Shown: in pieces, positions 59,918-64,000 of the stretch
Numbering within the stretch: the first letter of the stretch is position 1
Layout of the letters: every line of letters starts with the position of its first letter
NCBI GenBank assembly: GCA_001179505.1
Contig: CDMY01000433.1
Span: 1-64,000, forward strand
Direction of reading: 5' to 3'
DNA from: Vitrella brassicaformis CCMP3155
Taxonomy: Eukaryota; Protista; Chromerida
DNA: 64,000 nucleotides
The notes under the pieces: model-generated
What the model was told of the DNA's origin: nothing
The model's input: the letters and a program-made list of their open reading frames with translations, nothing else
Databases searched by the model: none
Position numbers and translations under genes: made by a program

Positions 59918-60469
59918 TCACTGGCCGGCCCCGCCTGTCCCTCCCTGGTGCTGCTGGCCGCCGTGTACGTGGCCAGCCGGTCGGCCAGGGGACGCCTGTG
60001 GCGGAGGACGCTCTCGCGGAGGACGCTCTCCCGGCCGCATCGCAGCAGCATCAGGGGTCTCCTGCTGGCGCATGGCCGCTATGTCGGCCAGCAGCTCCTC
60101 GCGGTCGGCCGCCGTGAGCTGCTCCACCCTCTTGAGCGCCTCCACCTTTGCCCGCATCCCCACCAACTCGGCAATGAGAGCGGCCTGGTCGCTCTGAGGC
60201 AAAGCCAAACACGTGGTATGCATGTTGTGCCTCACTCAAAACTCGTAGTGCAGATCAACATTCACATACCAGCAGCGCCCTCCGCTGGATGGCGGCGGCC
60301 TCGACCGCGAGGGCCTCTATCTCGGCCCGCCACTTCGCAATTAAAGGCTGAAGGAAAACAAAGAACAAGTGACAAAGTGCTGTGTTGATGGGCGTCACTT
60401 GCATACCTCCCGGTGGCGCCTCACGTGCTCACGTATCTCCCTCAGGCGCTCCCCCTCCTCGGTTGACAT
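59918..60469 (-). CDS. Small coiled-coil protein of unknown function
   Basis: Three exons with canonical splice sites: MSTEEGERLREIREHVRRHRE / PLIAKWRAEIEALAVEAAAIQRRALL / SDQAALIAELVGMRAKVEALKRVEQ..., stop at 59918. The start could lie further upstream. Confidence 0.55.
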
Positions 60470-60712
60470 GGCGGCGATGAGGCGCTCGACTTCTTGCCCC
60501 TCGGACACACCCGGAGGAGGGTCGAGTGAGAGAGCGGTTTCACGGAATGTGCGAGCTTTGCGAGTCGGGCGAGAAGAAGGGAGCGAGGGCCCTTTCGCCC
60601 GTTGAATCACCCGTGAACTCGAGAAGGTTCCGTTGCTGCCCGAGATCTGGCAAGGTCGGACGTCCAGGGGCCTGTTGCGCAAGTGGTCGTCAGTTAATCA
60701 TCCTCACCCACG

Positions 60713-62033
60713 ATGAGAGGGCTGTGGCTGGCGGTGATGATGGCGTGCAGCGGCCAGCACGCATTCTCCGCAGCCGATGAATTCCCCGCAGCCTTCTTTC
60801 TGGCTGGGGTGCCCAGGAGGACAGATGCCGTCAATGCAGCCAGGTGGGACTGAATCTTGCTCGCGAGTTCCATACATACAAGGCTCGCTGTGTGTGTGCT
60901 TGGCTGGCGTCTGCTGGCTGGCTGGCTGGCTGGCTTATCTATGTGTCCATGTTTTCAGGTTGCCACGTCCATTCAAGGGTTGGCGTGGCGTGCGTGACCC
61001 TGTACACCTGCCGCTGTCCTCTGCTGTGACTGTGACGGCCACTGAGCCGGCTCCAGCGGTTGCGAGTGAGGCTGCCCCTGCAGCAGCCACCAAGCCGCCA
61101 CCGAAGAGGGCCAGGCGAGTCAAGAAGCAGCAAGGTGACCGGGGGAGGGAGGAGGGAAGGCCTGCCTGACGCTACGCTGCTGCCTGCACTTGCTTGGATG
61201 AACGCGTTGATGGGATGGCTGCTGTGCTGGTTACTTGACTTGATGCATGCCATGGCATGCAGTTGTGGATACCACGCCGAAGGAGCCGATTCCCAAATCG
61301 GACACGTACCAAACCACCAACCACACGAACAGTCTACCTACAGTGTTGGTGTATATCCCTGTGTGTGTGCAATTTTGTTTTTTCTATTGTCTGTCTGCAG
61401 TATGCCAGAGTCGAGCCCCCCCTATTGGTATGTGTTGATCCCCGAGCGCGTCTTCCTGTACGAGGAGCCAATGGAGGAGATATTCAGGGAACGATCACAG
61501 GTAGGTACACAGACAGACAGACAGACAGACAGGGCCGGCCATACATGTATGCATGGAGAGCCAGTCAACTCACGTACGGCCATGCTTGCGCGTGGGTGCA
61601 GGACAAGGCTCGTCTGAAACAGCCATATGACTTCTGGGTCACTTCCAACCCATACATACTCAGGTACGCTGGCTGACAACCAGACACTCAGCCTGCAACG
61701 GACGGAGGGATACTCCCGTGCTTATGTGTGTGTGTGTGTGGTGTGTGTGTTGTGTGTAGTTCTCTGCGGACTGCGGCTGACGTGAAGCTGTGTCAGAAGC
61801 TGAGCACCCTGGGCCAGCGGTGCTATGCTGTCATCACATCAGACTACTACTACGCAAGGTCGGGCGGACACTGAGTGATGACAGACATAGCCTGCCTCCC
61901 TGTCTGTGAGTGTTGTGGGTAAGTACGTCACTGCTTTCGTTCTCCCGTCCCTCTCTGTGTGTGCAGGTTCCTTCGTCTGCGGCTGCGTGACGGCATCATG
62001 GGCGGACCCCTCAGACTCAAGAGGAAAAAGTGA
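60713..62033 (+). CDS. ycf54: Ycf54 (auxiliary factor of the aerobic Mg-protoporphyrin IX monomethyl ester cyclase), plastid-targeted
   Basis: Spliced core YWYVLIPERVFLYEEPMEEIFRERSQDKARLKQPYDFWVTSNPYIL...YAVITSDYYYARFLRLRL matches the Ycf54 EEPxEExLxER / DFWLV / AxISTx / LKLRL blocks. The N-terminus MRGLWLAVMMACSGQHAFS.. is a signal peptide plus transit-like region. Confidence 0.85.
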
Positions 62034-62451
62034 CCATGCATGTGTATGAGTGAATGACGTGCGAAGGCTTTTACAGAGAGATGCATTTGGCGATGGCGGG
62101 GTGGAGGGGAGGGGGGGAGAGAGGGATGGGTGAGCCGTTCACGCGTGCCAAGACGCGATGCCAGGCAGCTAGACCCACTGGACTTTTTCCGTGTGTGGAT
62201 GGATGGATGGATTGGTTGATTTTTGGAGGGCGCGGTGCGGTGCATGATTGATTATTGAGATAAAGGACTGAGGGATGTCCAGACACTCACCACGCCACGT
62301 CCGTGTGTCATCATAATCAAGTGATCAATCAGTTGGGCGTGCAATCCATCCATCCATCTCACACTCTGTATGTACATACAGACAGCTACGGCCATGCAGC
62401 GATCACCGGACACCACAAGCACAGGCCGGCCGGTCCTGGTTGGCTGCCTGC

Positions 62452-62696
62452 CTAAGGCTCTAAGTTGATTTGTTGTCCGAATCTGGCGTACAGCGTGGCC
62501 TTGAGTTGGTCCATCTGCTCGCGTAGCCGGTCGCTCTCCGCCCTGAGGTGCTCCAGCTCGGCACTCAGCCTGCCCTTCTCACACTCTATGTGCTCGCTTA
62601 TCGCATCCTCGGGCAAACGAATGAAACACTCACCTACACGAAGCCTGAGGGGAGCACACAAGGACCTTCCTGATTTATGCTGTCATGAGTGTCGTG

Positions 62697-62727
<31 letters not shown>

Positions 62728-63086
62728 TCTGTACATGAGTGCGTCGGCCTCCATGGTGATCATGGCCTCTTCAGAGGCATCCTCCAGGTCCTGCAGCGAC
62801 TTCTACACTCACACGCAAACCCATCAATACACATGGCACGGCATATGGCTGCACTCGTGGGCGACTTCATTGCAGGTCGGGCAGCCCTCACCTTCTTGGC
62901 CTCAATTTTCGCCAGCAACTCGTTGTTCTGCCGACACACAGACGAAACACACAGATGACACCGACAGTATGCATGTGGTTTATCTGTCTGCAGACGTGTG
63001 ATTACATCCTTACTTACATGTATATTCGCTTTGTTGAAGGTGTTGATGCGGTCCTGGTCCTCGGCAGAAACCGCCTCTTCACTCAT
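62452..63086 (-). CDS. PFDN4: Prefoldin subunit 4
   Basis: MSEEAVSAEDQDRINTFNKAN..LQDLEDASEEAM..VGECFIRL..LKATLYARFGQQINLEP*. Confidence 0.92.
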
Positions 63087-63349
63087 CGTCAGGCTGCAGG
63101 GAGGGTGGGCTGAGTTCTGAAAAAGCATGCAACCACATTGCAGGGGGTGAGGGATATCTGTGTGGCAGCCATCTTGCCTCGCGCTGATTTCTCCCTTCGA
63201 TCCTTATTTTGCAATGCGAGCTTGGCTTGCAAAGGAAAGGCATTCATCCCCCCCCCTCCTGGCTTTGTCTTGGGGTTCCTGGACCAGGACAAGGTGTGTG
63301 GGCGAGCAGGATCTTGTTGTTCACGTGGTTGTTGGCCTGTCAGCTAGCC

Positions 63350-64000
63350 ATGGCACAGGAGGCCAAGGTGTCTGCTGCAGCTGCCTTGACGTCCAGCGTC
63401 TGCACCCAGGCAGCACTGCATCCGTTCGACCTCATTCGAACTCGAATGATGGGTACGTACGGCAACAAAGACAGCCAGGGCAGGGACCACAGACAAATCA
63501 CGTGCAGATCTCTGTCTGTGCAGTGTCGAAAGTGACAGGTGGTGCGGTTCCATCCCACCGGGGCACGATATCATCTGCGCGTGCAATCCTGAGGGCGGAG
63601 GGCATCCCCGGGCTGTACAAGGGCCTCACAGCCACCGTCATCGCGTCGGGGGTCTCATGGGGACTCTTCAGATACCTGTACGTATGTATGTATGCCTTAA
63701 CGCCCTCACGGAGGGTGGCCTAGTCGATTGAGGTGTTGTGCTCGCTGTGGACCCATGTGTGTATGCGTATGTGTGCAGCTTCGATGTGTGGAGGTATGAG
63801 ATAGGCCGATACCGCCAAGTGACCATGGCCGAGTGGCGGGGAGATGGCGGCCAGGAGGGAATACCAAGAAGCAGCCATGCGTCATTTAGTGATAACCTGG
63901 TGAGGCAGCCACGCAGTCAGAGAGTCATTCATGGGCCCCATGAGTGGTGCACGACGGGTGTGTGTGTGTGTGTTTGGTGTGCAGCTTGCGAGTATGGGTG
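63350..64000 (+). CDS. Mitochondrial carrier family (SLC25) protein, 3' end beyond the window
   Basis: Carrier signature PFDLIRTRM (Px[DE]xx[KR]x[RK]) and ILRAEGIPGLYKGLTATVIASGVSWGLF. It resembles folate/FAD-type carriers, but the substrate is not assigned. Confidence 0.88.

Noticed and set aside
1-64000. tRNA, rRNA, spliced-leader, LTR/LINE or transposase sequences
   Set aside because: No cloverleaf or T-loop consensus, rRNA-like tract, or RT, integrase, DDE or Rep/Helicase motif was recognised by eye. A tRNAscan-SE, Infernal or RepeatModeler run would be needed to exclude weak cases.

Overview
Eukaryotic nuclear DNA, intron-dense and microsatellite-rich. GT-AG introns typically end in (TG)n/(CTGT)n...CAG, so the unspliced ORF track is mostly noise and the gene models below were spliced by eye. 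A bipartite plastid-targeted Ycf54, ApiAP2-like domains, flagellar genes and TT(T/C)AGGG-type repeats point to a chromerid alga, most likely Vitrella brassicaformis (inference). I find about 22 loci: PIMT, an orphan membrane protein, a double dienelactone hydrolase, a degenerate kinase chimera, a polycystin-like channel, a DAO-family oxidoreductase, an ankyrin-repeat protein, CFAP43, mitochondrial uS11, an EF-hand protein, a tandem CCCH zinc-finger protein, two coiled-coil orphans, a triple-AP2-like factor, SGT1, IFT43, TIM17, Ycf54, prefoldin 4, a mitochondrial carrier, and two mosaic repeat loci. Main hunt results: (1) three dispersed loci (7.2-9.9 kb, 45.9-48.2 kb, 57.1-59.6 kb) share a hairpin-bearing leader and a doubled trailer motif but carry different, shuffled cargo, including a captured intron-exon piece of the neighbouring AP2 gene; (2) genes alternate strand almost perfectly, and 8 of 10 head-to-head gaps contain the motif (A)AGCTCGCA, while one gap without an exact copy holds degenerate telomeric repeats; (3) an 8.5 kb strand-skewed simple-repeat tract may be a very long 3' UTR of the CCCH gene; (4) the ankyrin array shows intron presence/absence between its own tandem units. 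No tRNA, rRNA, CRISPR array or transposase was recognised. Exon boundaries and several start codons are approximate.
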